From NCBI GenBank assembly GCA_038087875.1, contig JAXLNO010000630.1:186001-250000 (forward strand): DNA of 64,000 bases. The letters are read 5' to 3'. This document shows positions 36,691 through 50,300 of the stretch, piece after piece. Source of the DNA: Malacoraja senta. Its lineage: Eukaryota. The number at the start of each line of letters is the position of its first letter. The first letter of the stretch is position 1. Below the pieces are notes generated by a model that had not been told where the DNA came from, did not search any database, and saw only the letters and a list, made by a program, of their open reading frames with translations. A program made the translations under genes and the position numbers.

Positions 36691-38989
36691 TACCTTGTGT
36701 TTTATGACTGTTTGCAGATCAATTTCTGTCCTGGGATAGATAAAGTTCTATCGTATCATAAAAAAGTATTTAATTGTTAATTTTGGGACATATGACAATA
36801 AAGCACTCTTGACAGATACATGGATTGGATAGGTATGGAGAGATATGGAGCATATTCAGCCGGATGGGACTAGTGTAGATGGAGCATCTTGGTCAATGTG
36901 GGCAAGACAAAATGTGCAGGAACAGCAGATGCTGGTTTACACTGAAGAAAGACACAAAATGCTGGAGAAACTCAGCGGGACAGGCAGATTACAACAGCGA
37001 TATGAATATTAATTTCTCCAACTTCAAATAACCCTTGCCTTCCCTCTCTCTCCATCCCTCCCCCACCCTAGTTCAACTAGCTTCACTGTCCTGTGAAATG
37101 TCACCTATCAATGTTCTCCAGAGATGCTGCCTGACCCGCTGAGTAAGTGCAGCACTCTGTGAAACGTCACCTATCCATGTTCTCCAGCGATGCTCCCTGA
37201 CAATTGCCGTTTCACATTGGGACCCTTTTGGTTTGAGTGGGCCAGTGGAGTAGAGAAGCCAAGACAGTTGTTGCACCACCAGTGGATATAAGAGGTCCAG
37301 AGAGGGTAGAAGGCTGGGTAGGGGGTAAGGCAGGGCGGGGAGGGGGGGGGGAAGAGGTGAGGGGAATGTTTGAGACTGGAGACAGGATTGTCACTGGATG
37401 GATAGGATTCTCTCCCATAAAGAAAAGCTCAGAGGTGGCAGAAGAGCTCTACGTCCCTATGTTCCCGATGTCGGGGGAGTCCAGAACCAGGGGTCACAGT
37501 TTAAGAATAAGACCCGCTGAGTCACTCCACCGTTTATATAGGTCTAGTAACAGATTCAGATCTACCTTAGATCTCCTCTTGTAAGTCTTCTTGGCGCTCT
37601 CCTTTTTCACCGGCATTCTCGACACTCCTTGCTTGGGTTATTGATCCACACCATGAAGGTTAGAGTTTCGACCTCTAGTAGCTGCCAGCTGTTTCAATGC
37701 CTGGCAGAATGGGTATGGTGTACCCACTTCAAGTTGACAGATGAAATGGAGCCAGTTTGCCAAGTTGACAGATGAAATGGAGCCCGTCTCTCATGGTTAC
37801 GGATGCAGTTCACTGTGAGGTCACCGGCCAGGCACATTATGAGGTCACCTCTGATTATGATGGTTTACAAACTTGCGATCTTACGAATGGAAGGCAGGCC
37901 CAGAAGGGAATACACCACTTCACCATATGACCGTCACAGTGGTTATAACCAACTGGACTCAAATGTTAGATACAAGGAACTCAGTTCAGTTGAGATTATT
38001 GTCACGTGTACAGAGAAAAGCTTTTTGTCACGTGTTAAAAACAGTCAGCAGAAAGACAATACATGATTACATATGAGCCATTTACAGTGTATAAATACAT
38101 GGTAAGGGAATAACGTGTAGTGCAAGATAAAGCCAGCAAAGTCTGATCAAGGATAGTCCGAGGGTCACCAATGAGGTAGATAGTAGTTCAGCACTCATCT
38201 CTGGTTGTGGTAGGATGAATCAGTTGCCTGATAACAGCTGGAAAGAAACTGTCCCTGAATCTGGAGGTGTGCGTTTTCACACTTCTGTACCTTTTCACGC
38301 AGAAAATCTGTGGAATTCTCTGCCACAGAAGGCCGTGGAGGCCAGTTCACTGGATGTTTGCAAGAGAGAGTTGGATGTGGCTCTTAGGGCTAACAGAATC
38401 AAGGAATATGGGGAGATAGCAGGAATGGTGTATTGATTTTGGATGATCTGCCATGATCATATTGAAAGGCGGTGCTGGCTCGAAGGGCCGAATGGCCTAC
38501 CCCTGCACCTATTTTCTATGTTTCTACATCATGGTGAGTCCAGCACTCGTTGATGTCTGGTCCTGAAGAAGGGTCCCGCTGAGTTACTCCAGCACTCTGT
38601 TTCTTCATGGTCTGGCTGGTGTCTTGCTTATATGAAAGAGCTACATTGCCAATGCACACAAGCTCCAACTTTGCTGTCAACATGAAACTGTTGACAGTTC
38701 AAGAAATGAAATACGTTGATGAAGCCCGAGTGATGGACAAGATAATGCTTCACAGGAGAAAGTTAAATCTGCATTGAATTAAACCCCACTTGTAGCAATT
38801 AAACTAAAGGAAGATGTTTCCAAAAGTTATGAGCTTGATTCTATTACTCCAGAAGTGAAGGGCAGGTGGGGGAGAGTCTAAGGCAATTACACCCCTTCAT
38901 ATGATCAACACAGGGGATAAGGGGTTGGCTTAATCTACTTAGATCTGTCAAGAAATAAAAGGCAAACAATATTAAATCTCAAGTGTTTT

Positions 38990-39255
38990 CATTTTGAGAT
39001 ACAGTGCGGCAACGGGCCCTTTGGCCCATCGAGTCCACGCCGACAAGCATTCACCTGTACACCCGCACTATCCTACACACTGGGGACTTTTTACCAAAGC
39101 CAATTAACCTACAAACCTGCACGTCTTTGCAGTGTGGAAGGAAACCTGAGCACCTGGAGAAAACCCACGCGGGTCACGGGGAGAACGTACAAACTCTGTA
39201 CAGACAGCACCCGGGTCTCCCGCGCTGTGAAGCAGCAACTCTACCGCTGCACCAC
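38990..39255 (-). mobile_element. V-SINE
   Basis: Same head, core and tail as the other SINE copies. Confidence 0.7.
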
Positions 39256-39957
39256 CCTACCTTGTTGGGGAAAAATACTTAAAAAGCAGCAGAATATTTT
39301 TGACATTTACCAAATGAGAGTTGTTTATAGTCAAAGCATGTGTAGTTTGTTCCTGGCACGAAAATACTAATGCTTTAACAGTTTCACACTTAACTCTATA
39401 AACCTAAAGACTCCACTGTTGGAATGCAATTCAATATTTGACAAATCTGAACACCATAACAGACAGATATAAATCACACAGAGGGATTACTGGAGTGCAT
39501 TTTCCCTTTGTAGTCCCTGAGAATTCAGTGGCAGTGGCAGTGGCGGATGGTTGTTCTGATGTTCTAAGCCATACCAATCCAGATATGATTGAATGACGGA
39601 GAGGACTTGATGTGCCAAATGGAGAAGGAACATCTCATTGGGTTTTAAAGTTTGCAGAGGGCTAACATACAACTCCCTTAGCATCAAGTGTATTGATCGG
39701 CATGGTGGCGCAGCGATAGACTAAGAGTTGCTGCCTTACAATTCCTTCCTACACATTTTGAACGTGTTTTGAATGTTTACCTCATGCATTCCAAAAGATT
39801 TGAGGCAGACATTACTGCTTCAGTTCGAGCAGAGAGCTCAGATTCTACTTTACACTTGACCAAAAACCAGAAGGTATTTTACTTGTCTAAATGTCTCACC
39901 CAGCTAGATTTTAAAATAAGCCTGCATTTTTCAACATGGTTTAAGTGGAAAACTACA

Positions 39958-42900
39958 ATTTTACTTCGGAGTCACGTTAGTGACTACGTGAAGAAGGCCG
40001 TCAAGCCGCATGCATGCCATTACGACTGACGCATTGCGCAATGACTGACTGGTGGGCGCGTCGCTCCTTCCAGCGGTAAGTTTAAAACGCTCAGGTAAGT
40101 GTTTATACTTTATCTGAGGTCGTTGCACCCGGTTCGTTTACTGTTTGTTCACAGAGTACTCGAACTTTGCGGAGAATATGTCTAAGGTGAAGAGGCGGGC
40201 CGCAGCGAAGCCGGCTGTTGAAGACCGCGCCTCCGGGAAGCGGGCGGCCGCCAATTTCGCCTTCAGGGTCGCTAGCAGAGGAGCCAGCGCCTACAGACTT
40301 GGTGCCGACAGTAAGCACCTTGGCTACCCCGCAGGGGAGAAAAGCCACCAGGAAGTCTGTCAGGGCCCTGGACTCGGATGAGTCGGGCCAGGAGGATTCT
40401 CCTCCTTCTATGGGCAGTGTTTTGGGGAGACTGACCCACATGGAGCACCTAATGGAGAGGTTGCTCCAAAGCAATATGCTCCAAAGAAGGGAGCTATCTG
40501 AACCCGGGTATTATGGAGAACCCACGGCAGCGGCACCTGTCTCAGGGCTGCATAATGTCTCCGTCTCTGAGGAGGGGAGCGTAAGAGGCCAGTTTTACAC
40601 TCTCAGATTACGGAGGCACAGCTGGGGAGCATGCTTCAAGGCATGAGGGGCAAGCCTCGGGAGTACCTCCCATGGCATCCACATTTGCCATATCTTCCCA
40701 ATCAGGGGAACCACTGGGAGAGGATTTAGACTTGAGCATTAATTATCTGGCCTCTCACCAGCTCCAAGATCAGGCCATGGAGGAAACCACTACCAAATAT
40801 CATACCCCAGTAAACTGTGCCTCATTGAATGTCCCGGCAATGAATCACTCCATCTGGGGACACATTGGAGGGGGCATCAGAGCCCAGGAGGTAAAACTAT
40901 AAAAAAAATTAAGATTACTTGCCTCAGGCATCACGGCCTTTGCCAGGTCGGTGGATGGGGGGGGGGGGGGGGCTCTCTGATGTTCAACAGGATGCCATGG
41001 CATTAATGTGCATTTTGAAATTAATTGTCTCCGAAAGAATGCCATCCGTCCTGCTCTGCACCCAAAATTTGCAGCATTGTGCAAGGCCGGGAACATCCAA
41101 CCATCTAATCTCCTGTTCGGGGAAGATCTGCCTAAGCAGCTCAGGGAGCTGGATGATGAGGCTAAAACTGTCGGCTTTATGAAGGCCCCAACACCTTCCA
41201 AGACTTCATCCTTCTGGCGGCAGTACCCCTATCCTCCTCTCTACACCAGACGGTTCGCCGGATATGGTGGGCATCACGTAGAACAGGCACAGAGGCCTTT
41301 TTTAGGGAAGGGCCCAGGTCGGGCCATGTTCAGGATGCGCTGATGGCGCCCTCCAACAGCCCTACCCCCCAGACCTCGGGGGCAGAAGCAAACACCATAC
41401 TGCCGATAACCACTGAGGTAAGTGAGTCTGGTTGTTTGCGTAACACAGTTTCGATGGATCTGTTACAAGTTGGGGGGAGATTACAATTTTTCTTATATGA
41501 ATGGCGTTGGATAATATCTGACCCGTTTATACTGCGCAGTATACAAGGTTTCCAAATTTAGTTCCTTTTCAATTCGCCTCCACCCACACAGCATACACCG
41601 AGCCGCACTTTTGTTCCTTCACAACAGGAGTGTGCGAATGCACAAGCTGAAATAGAATCTTTACTCAAGAAAGGGGTAATTGAGAAGTCGAATCATGAGT
41701 CTCACCAATTTGTGTCCAATATATTTACTAGGCAAAAGAAGGATGGAGGATGCCGAATCATCCTTGATTTGACTGAGCTTAACACCTTTGTGCAGTTTAA
41801 ATACTTCAAAATTGAAAACGTTGTTATTGCCAGACAACTGGTTTCCAAGGGGTGTTACATGGCATGCATGGACCTCAAAGATGCTTACTATTTGGTGGCC
41901 ATTCATGTAGACCACGAGAAGTTTAGCTGGATGGGGCAATTGTGGCAGTTTAAAGCATTGCCTCATGGGTTAACCTCAGCCCCAGACTATTCACAAAATT
42001 GCTAAAACCAGTCCTGGGGCTACTCAGGGCACAGAATCATATAGTCATGGCATACTTGGATGACATCTTAATCATTGGGAAGACTATGGAATTAGCTGAA
42101 TTATCTGTGTCAGCTACCAAACTCATGTTTGAGAGACTGGGGTTCCTAATCCATCCAGTTAAGTCCAAATTGGTATCATCTAGAGTAATTGATTATTTGG
42201 GATTCACCATTAACTCAATTCACATGTCAGTGACTCTGCCTTGGGGCAAGCAATTAGAATTAATTGAAGCCTGCAGTAGCCCCATTGTTAAGAACCAACC
42301 TTCTATTAGAAATGTGGCTAGTATAATTGGCAAGTTAGTAGCTGCTTTCCCAGCTGCTCAGTTCGGGCCTTTGCACTCAAAACTTACATCGTGCAAAGGA
42401 GCAGGCACTCAAACTTCATAGAGGTCACTTCGATAGACCCATGCAGTTGCCAGCTGAAGCCATTGCTGAGTTATAATGGTGGGTGACCAATATTCGGTAT
42501 TGCTCTAGTACTATTTTAGTTGATACACCATCAGTTATCCTGCAAACTGATGCCAGTGCTCTAGGTTGTGGTGCTACCAACACCGTCTCAAGCTGCAGTG
42601 GCAGAGGGAATCTGCAGGAATCATCGATGCTTCAGTCACATGGTATTAACTACTTAGAGTTGTTGGGAGCACTCTATGGGTTAAAGGCTTATTGTAGCAA
42701 TATGCATCATGTGCATGTTCAACTTCAGGATGACAACACTACAGCAGTGGCATACATTAATAACATGGGGGAAGTAAGTCTGTATCCTGTGATAAATTGT
42801 CTAACCTCATTTGGCACTGGTGTATTATGAGAAACATCTGGGTTTCATCTATCTACTTACATGGTGGCGGACAACAGGTCACGGGAATTCAATGACAACA

Positions 42901-44794
42901 AAGAATGGATGTTGAATCATGAAGTGTTTAACGACATTGTCGTTCGGTATGGTGTACCTGACATTGATCTGTTTGCATCCAGACTAAATCATCAGTTACC
43001 AAATTACGTTTCATGGGAACCAGACTCAGGAACAGTAGCAGGAGATGCATTCTCGCTACACTGGGGTGGAAAGTTCTTGTATGTGTTTCCCCCAATTTGC
43101 CTCATCAGTCGATGCTTGGCCAAGATCAAGCAAGACTCCGCCTCTGGCATATTGGTAGTACCAGACTGGCCCAGTCAGCATTGGTTCCCACTCATCCCAG
43201 CTATGATTACACAGCCTTTTATGGCTGTCCCCAAAAGCAGAAAGCTGCTGGTACATCCTGTGACAGGGGAAAGCCATCCTCCTCATGACCGAATAAATTT
43301 ATTGGTTTGCAGATTCTGAGGAGACCATTCCTGGGGCTCGGACTTTCAGATCGTACGGTAGATGTTATCACAGCGGCCTGGAGGTAGAGCACCCAGAAAC
43401 AGTACATCTCTCTTATAAGGAAATGGGAGATGTACTGCTCTCTCTCGAATATTTTGTACGACACGGCTTCCATTACGGATGTTTTGGAGTTCCTTTCTAC
43501 ACTATTCTACGATCAGAAACTCAGTTATAGTGCCATAAATAGTGCTAGGAGCGCTTTGTCATCTTACTTATGGCTGGGGTCAGGGAACCACACTGTCGGA
43601 TCTCACCCCTTAATAACCAGATTTATGAATGGCATTTTTAACTCTACTCCCCCTAGGCCCAGATATTCACAGATATGGGATGTGAGCGTGGTCCTCACGC
43701 TGCTCTGTCAGTGGGCACCAGCTTCATCTCTGTCTCTCCCTAATCTCACACTTAAGGTAGTCATGCTCATGGCGCTGGTCTCAGCGCAACGGGTCCAGAC
43801 GTTAAATAAACTTCGACTGGACAGCATGGTTACATCTTTTGACATCACCTTTTTTGTTCATGATCTATTAAAGCAGAGTAGACCAGGGATGTCGGGGCTC
43901 AAATTAAGTTTTATGGCTTACCCCTTTGACCAACGTTTGTGTGTGGTATCTCACATACTACAATACATTAAGGTCACTAAGAGCCTCAGACGCTCGGAAT
44001 TATCCTTATTCATCAGCTACACCAAACCTCATAGGAAGGTTACAGTGCAGACCATTTCAAGATGGATAAAACAGGAGCTGGCATGTGCAGGAGTGGACAC
44101 TGACACTTTTAAACCTCATTCCACCAGGGCTGCATCTACGTCAGCAGCAAGGGATATGGACGTCCCTCTCGACCACATTCTAGCGGCTGCGGGATGGTCT
44201 AATGAACTGACGTACCAAAGGTTTTATAACAAACCTATTGCCAGACCGGGGACTTTTGCTAATTCTGTTTTAGGTTCAGTTTTACAGTTTCCCCCTGGGT
44301 GAGAGGGGTCACTTTTATTTACTTTGATTATTAAAGCATCAGCATTTTTATCTATGTCATGTTTGAATGCATTAATTATTTCTCACTCATCCTGGTCAAC
44401 TGATGCAGTGTGTGACGCATGGACTCGTTTCCACGGCATGAAATCACAGCTTCAAAATCTTCATGTAGTCACTCACGTGACTCCGAAGTAAAATAGTAAG
44501 ATTAAACGAGAACTTACCAGTTTGAAGTTTGATCTTTATTTTATGAGGAGTTACGATGAACGATTACGTGCCCTCCGCTCCCAACCCTCGTAACATAAAG
44601 ATCTTCTCGAAGTTCTACTCAGCTCTAATCTTACTATTTTAGTTCAACAATTGTTACCTGTGATTTCACACCGCTGCTTTGAAGATTGACGCGCATGCGG
44701 CTTGACGGCCTTCTTCACGTAATCGCTCATCGTAATTCCTCATAAAATAAAGATCAAACTTCAAACTGGTAAGTTCTCATTTAATCTTACTATT
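39958..44794 (+). mobile_element. Full-length DIRS1-type retrotransposon (about 4.84 kb) with degenerate ORFs
   Basis: Left terminus ATTttacttcggagtcacg... ICR at about 44455-44570 is complementary to both termini. Right ITR gcatgcggcttgacggccttcttcacgta; ends ...cttactATT. gag, RT (YLDD), RNase H, methyltransferase-like and YR domains occur in order. Confidence 0.95.
43430..44302 (+). CDS. DIRS tyrosine recombinase (290-aa open frame; probable true N-terminus cut by TAG at 43385-43387)
   Basis: YSAINSARSALS, SAQRVQTL (catalytic R), HSTR, AAGWS and QRFYNK (catalytic Y). The other DIRS has K where this one has the upstream stop. Expression is not shown. Confidence 0.7.
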   Translation: MYCSLSNILYDTASITDVLEFLSTLFYDQKLSYSAINSARSALSSYLWLGSGNHTVGSHPLITRFMNGIFNSTPPRPRYSQIWDVSVVLTLLCQWAPASSLSLPNLTLKVVMLMALVSAQRVQTLNKLRLDSMVTSFDITFFVHDLLKQSRPGMSGLKLSFMAYPFDQRLCVVSHILQYIKVTKSLRRSELSLFISYTKPHRKVTVQTISRWIKQELACAGVDTDTFKPHSTRAASTSAARDMDVPLDHILAAAGWSNELTYQRFYNKPIARPGTFANSVLGSVLQFPPG

Positions 44795-45029
44795 CTGAAC
44801 TAGGATTAATCCTGTATTATTCACTAATGGCTGCATGCTACACTTGGGAGTTTTGTCTTCTTAATAACATCTGTCACTTACACAGAAACTTTGAGTGTAA
44901 CTACTTGGAGATTTTCACTGAACCTTGGCTTACAGCACAAGACCCTTGTCTTGAGCATAACTCTTGGATTTAAGCAAGCACATCACACAATTTCCTCTGC
45001 AACCACAGGAGATGGAACACCTGTCCCTA

Positions 45030-47312
45030 CACAATAGACAATAGGTGCAGGAGTAGGCCATTCCTGCCCTCCCCGTATCCCCTAACTCCGCTATCTTTAA
45101 GAGCCCTATCTAGCTCTCTCTTGAAAGTATCCAGAGAACCGGCCTCCACCGCCTGCTGAGGCAGAGAATTCCACAGACCCACAACTCTCTGTGAGAAAAA
45201 GTGTTTCCTCGTCTCCGTTCTAAATGGCTTACCCCTTATTCTTAAACTGTGGCCCCTGGATCTGGACTCCCCCAACATCGGGAACATGTTTCCTGCCTCC
45301 AGCGTGTCCTAACCCTTAACAATCTTATATGTTTCAATAAGATCCCCTATCATCCTTCTAATCTCCAGACTGTACAAGCCCAGCCGCTCCATTCTCTCAG
45401 CATATGACAGTCCCGCCATCCCGGGAATTAACCTTGTAAACCTACGCTGCACTCCATCAATAGCAAGAATGTCCTTCCTCTAATTAGGGGATCAAAACTG
45501 CACACAATACTCAAGGTGTGGTCTCACTAGCGCCCTATACAACTGCAGAAGGACCTCTTTGCTCCTATACTCAACTCCTCTTGTTATGAAGGCCAACATG
45601 CCATTCGCTTTCTTCACTGCCTGCTGTACCTGCATGCTTACTTTCATAGACTGATGAACAAGGACCCCAGATCCCTTTGAACTTCCCCTTTTCCCAACTT
45701 GACACCATTTAGATAGTAATCTGCCTTAGTGGTTTTTATACCAAAGTGGATAACATCGCATTTATCCCAATTAAACTTCATCTGCCATGCATCTGCCCAC
45801 TCACCCAACCTGTCCAAGTCATCTTGCATTCTCATAGCATCATCCTCACAGTTCACACTGCCACCCAGCTTTGTGTCATCTGCAAATTTGCTAATGTTAC
45901 TTTGAATTCCTTCATCCAAATCATTGATACATATTGAAAATAGATGTGGTCCCAGCATCGAGCCTTGCGGTACCCCACTAGTGACTGCGTGCCATTCTGA
46001 AAGGGACCCGTTAATCCCTACTCTTTGTTTCCTGTCTGCCAACCAATTTTCTATCCATGTCAGCACTCTACCCCCAATAACATGTGCCCTAAATTCGCCC
46101 ACTAATCTCCTATGTGGGACCATATCAAATGCTTTCTGAAATTCCAGGTATACTACACTACTTTCACTGGCTGTACCTTGTCCATTTTCCAAGTTACATC
46201 CTCAAAAAATTCCAGAAGATTAGTCAAGCATGATTTCCCCTTCGTAAATCCAAGCTGACTTGGACGGATCCTGTTACTCCTATCCAAATGTGCCGCTATT
46301 TCATCTTTCATAATTGACCAGCATCTTTCCCACCACCGATATCAGGCTAACTAGTCTATAATTCCCTGTTTTCTCTCTCCCGCCTTAAAAAGTGGAATAA
46401 CACTAGCTACCCTCCAATCCAGAGGAACTGATCCTGAATCTATAGAACATTGGAAAATGATCACCAATGCGTCCATGATTTCCAGACCCATTTCCTTAAG
46501 TACCCTGGGATGCAGACCATCAGGCCCTGGGGATTTATCAGCCTTCAGATCCATCAGTCTACCCAACACGATTTCATGCCTAATGTGGATTCCCTTCAGT
46601 TCCTCCGTCACCCCAGATCCACTGGCCACTAGTACATTAGGAAGATTGTTTGTGTCCTCCTTAGTGAAGACAGCTCCAAAGTAACTGTTCAACCCATCTG
46701 CCATTTCCTTGTTCCCCATAATAAATTCACCCTTTTCAGTCTTCAAGGCTCCAACTAATTGTTTCTTCTTCACATACCTAAAGAAGCTTTTACTATCCTC
46801 CTTTATATTCTTGGCTAGTTTACCTTCGTACCTCATCTTTTCTCCCCGTACTGTATTTTTAGTTATCTTCTGTTGCTCTTTAAACATTACCCAATCCTCT
46901 TGCTTCCTGCCTATCTTTGCTACATTGTACTTCTTCTCTTTTATTTTTATACTGTCCCTGACATCCCTTGTCAGCCACGGTCACCCCTTACTCCCCTTGG
47001 AATCTTTCTTCTTTGGAATGAACTGATCCTGTACGTTCTGTATTATTCCTGGAAATACCTGCCATTGTTGTTCCACTGTCATCCCTGCTGTGGTAACTTT
47101 CCAGTCAACTTTGGCCAGCTCCTCCCTCATGGCTCCATAGGTAGCCCTTTATTCAACTCTAACACTGACATCTCCAATTCACCCTTCTCCCTCTCCAATT
47201 GTGGATTAAACTTGACAATATTATGGTCACTACCTCAGAATGGCTCCTTCACCTCAAGTTCCTTTATCAAATCTGGTTCATTACATAACACTAAATCCAT
47301 AATTGTCTTCTC
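45030..47312 (-). mobile_element. CR1 LINE ORF2 region, degenerate; its last ~75 bp are shared with window positions 1-75
   Basis: Encodes KSPGPDGLHPRVLKE, FQKAFDMVPHRRL, SGVPQGS, KFADDTKL and FSQRVVGLWNSLP. The tail reads (tagacaa)n on the plus strand. Confidence 0.9.
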
Positions 47313-50300
47313 CAACCTGAACCAACCTGATCTCCCGGTTGCTGGACACTTTAATTCTCCTTCCCATTCCCACACAGACCTTTCTGTCTTCAGTCTCCTC
47401 CATTGTCAGAGTGAGTGAAGCTAAACACAAATCGGAGGAACAGCATTTAATATTTTGCTTGGCAGCTTATAGCCCAGTGGTATGAATCTTGATTTGTCCC
47501 ACATCAGGTAGCCCCGGCATTCCCTCTCTCTCTCTATCCCTCCCCCACCCAAGTCGCACCAGCTTCTCATTTTCACCCTACAAACAGCTCTTACAGTGGC
47601 CTGTTTCCTTTATCGACGTCACTTTTTTACATATCTTTCATTCATTGTACTTTATCATCCAACTTTTCCAGCACCGTCTATATCTCTTGGTTCCCTTATC
47701 CCTAACCAGTCTGAAGAAAGGTCTCAACCCGAAACGTCACCCATTCCTTTTCTCCAGAGATGCTTCCTCTCCCTCTGAGTTACTCCAGCTTTTTGTGTCT
47801 ATCTTCGGTTTAAACCAGCATCTATAGTTCCTTCTTAGACAACAAACAACCTGTTAAGGGCCTGTCCCACTTACGTGTCCTTGGCACGCAAATTACACGA
47901 CCTCGTGGTCGCATTGAGCCGAGACGCACAGCCGTCTGGAGCGCGTGACGTCATTTGAAGATGGACACAAAGCTGGAGTAACTCAGCGGGACCGGCAGCG
48001 TCTCTGGAGAGAAGCAATGAGTGATGTTTCGTGTTGAGACCCTTCCTCAGTCTGAAAAGAAGGGTCTTGACACGAAACATCACCCATTCCTTCTCTCCAG
48101 AGATGCTTCCGGTCCCGCTGAGTTACTCATGCATTTTGCGTCTACAATTTTCTTGGCCCCGCTCTGGGAGTAGGAGTGGGGCCGGATCCGGACCGCAACG
48201 GCCGTGAGCCCCAGGCCGTGTTCGACGATCGTTTGCCTGTTTCTGCTGCTGTTGAAGGTGAGACATTGCGTTGCGCCAGGGTCTTGGGCCTGTCCCACTT
48301 TGGCCGTCAGTTACGCTACAGGCCGTTGGCGCGCGAAGATTTTGTTCACTGCAAGAATTTTGGAGCCCCGCGCGATGTCAGGACCAGCCCCGCACAACTC
48401 CATACACCTCCGTGCTTCTAAGTGGGTCCGGCCCCACGCGGCCATTCGGTGCCCGTACGCCTCAGGCGACCACGAGGTCGCGTAATTTGCGAGCCAAGGA
48501 CGCGTAAGTGGGACAGGCCCTTTAGTCTGTTTTGGTTGCGCTGGTACTTAAGCTAATTAGAAACTCCTGCTCCATAATGAATCATTTTTTAAAGACTATT
48601 TACACACAGAAGAGAACTCCAATTCATGGCCTCGTGTTTTGCACAGAGTGAAGGGAATTTCAACAACCTTGAGGGGTACAAACCACAGCGATTACCCCCT
48701 CGATCTCCAAATGTTGTACCAAGTGTGTTACTTTAAAAAATCCTAGACATTGCACAACAGGGATATGAAACCGGGGTGGACATACACAATTTTAATCTCG
48801 TATTTTAAACAGATGGGCTGAAAGGCCTGTTGCCTTGCTGTATAACTATGATTTCAATTTCCACAAAGGGTTGCCAACTGTCCCGTATTAGCCGGGACAT
48901 CCCGGATTTTGGGCTAAATTGGTTTGTCCCATAAGGGACCACCCTTGTCCCATATTTGACTGCTACTACTCGGGTCGAGGGGACTGTCCGGTTGGATCGC
49001 CGTGTCACCCATCCCAACGTAGTGCAGTGCATGGAGTGCAGCAGCATTGCCTCGCCCGTGGCCCTGTCAGTCGGCAGCCCGGCCAGCTGACCGACCTTCG
49101 GACCTTCGCTTACCACCGACACCACCACCCCTCCTTCTCATGGCTGATCATCGGTTCATGAGTTGGATAGGGTGCCGAACATTGTGCGCAAAGTCGTTCG
49201 GGCTAAAAGTCCTCAGCTGGCCCGCCGGCTGGGCTTTGTGTGCAGTCCAGCACCTGGGCCAACTTATCGTTCATCCAACCACGGCCGAGTCGGTCAACGA
49301 ATTGCCGTCGGGAATTTGTCCTGTATTTTCACTTTTTTCCCCTGATTTGGGAGTGAGAAAGTTGGCAAACCTGCTCCCACAGGTAATCGCACTCTGCCTC
49401 AACTAGAAAGCTTCCTAACGTCGGACAAGTAACTGCAACTAGTGTTTCCCCATAAATGAGAAGAATAGATCGGGTAGATGAACAGAGTCTCTTGCCCAGA
49501 GTAGGGGAATCGAGGACAAGAGGACATAGGCTTAAGGTGAAGTGGAAGAGATTTAACAGGAATCTGAGGGGTAACCTTTTCACACAGAGGGTGGTTGGTG
49601 TATGGAACAAGCTGCCAGAGGAGATAGTTGAGGCTGGGACTATCCCAACATTTCAGAAACATTAAGACAGGTACATGGATAGGATAGTTTGGGAGGGGTA
49701 TCGGCCAAATGCCGGCAGGTGGGACGAGTGTAGCTCGGACATGTTGGCCGGCGTGGGCATGTTGGGCCAAAGGGCCTGTTGCCATGCTATATAACTAAAT
49801 GCGGAAAGTGATTTTGATTTGACAGCCCACAAATTTCTCTGCACTCTGCAGATATTTTTCTCAATTCAGTTCAGTTTAGTTTATTGTCACGTGAACCAAG
49901 GTACAGTGAACAGGTTTTTGTGCTATCCAGTTAACAGAAAGATAATACATCATTACGATCGAGCTATATACAGAACAAGGTAAAGCAAGCAAATTCTGAC
50001 CAAGGAGAGTCCGAGGGTCACCAATAAGGTAGATAGTAATTCAATAAGGTAGATAGCAACTCTGGTTGTGCAGTTGAGCAATTCCTAGACCAAGTGATGC
50101 TGAGAGAATATCACTACATTATTTTGCGAATCATAGATTGACACTGGATGATGCTGGAGTAACTCATCTCTAGATAGAAGGAATGGGTGACGTTTCAGGT
50201 CGAGACCCATCTTCAGAGTCTTTGTACATAATGTACAAACTTGTGAGCATCAGAAAGAGTTTTCTTTCAATAAATTACAGTGTAACTTTCAAAGCCCAAC

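Noticed and set aside
37730..37785. Direct repeat caagttgacagatgaaatggagcc occurring twice
   Set aside because: A small local duplication with no further structure.
42861..44302. Prophage or bacterial contamination (integrase plus adenine methyltransferase-like ORF)
   Set aside because: Both are standard DIRS1 domains and sit within DIRS termini next to RT and RNase H.
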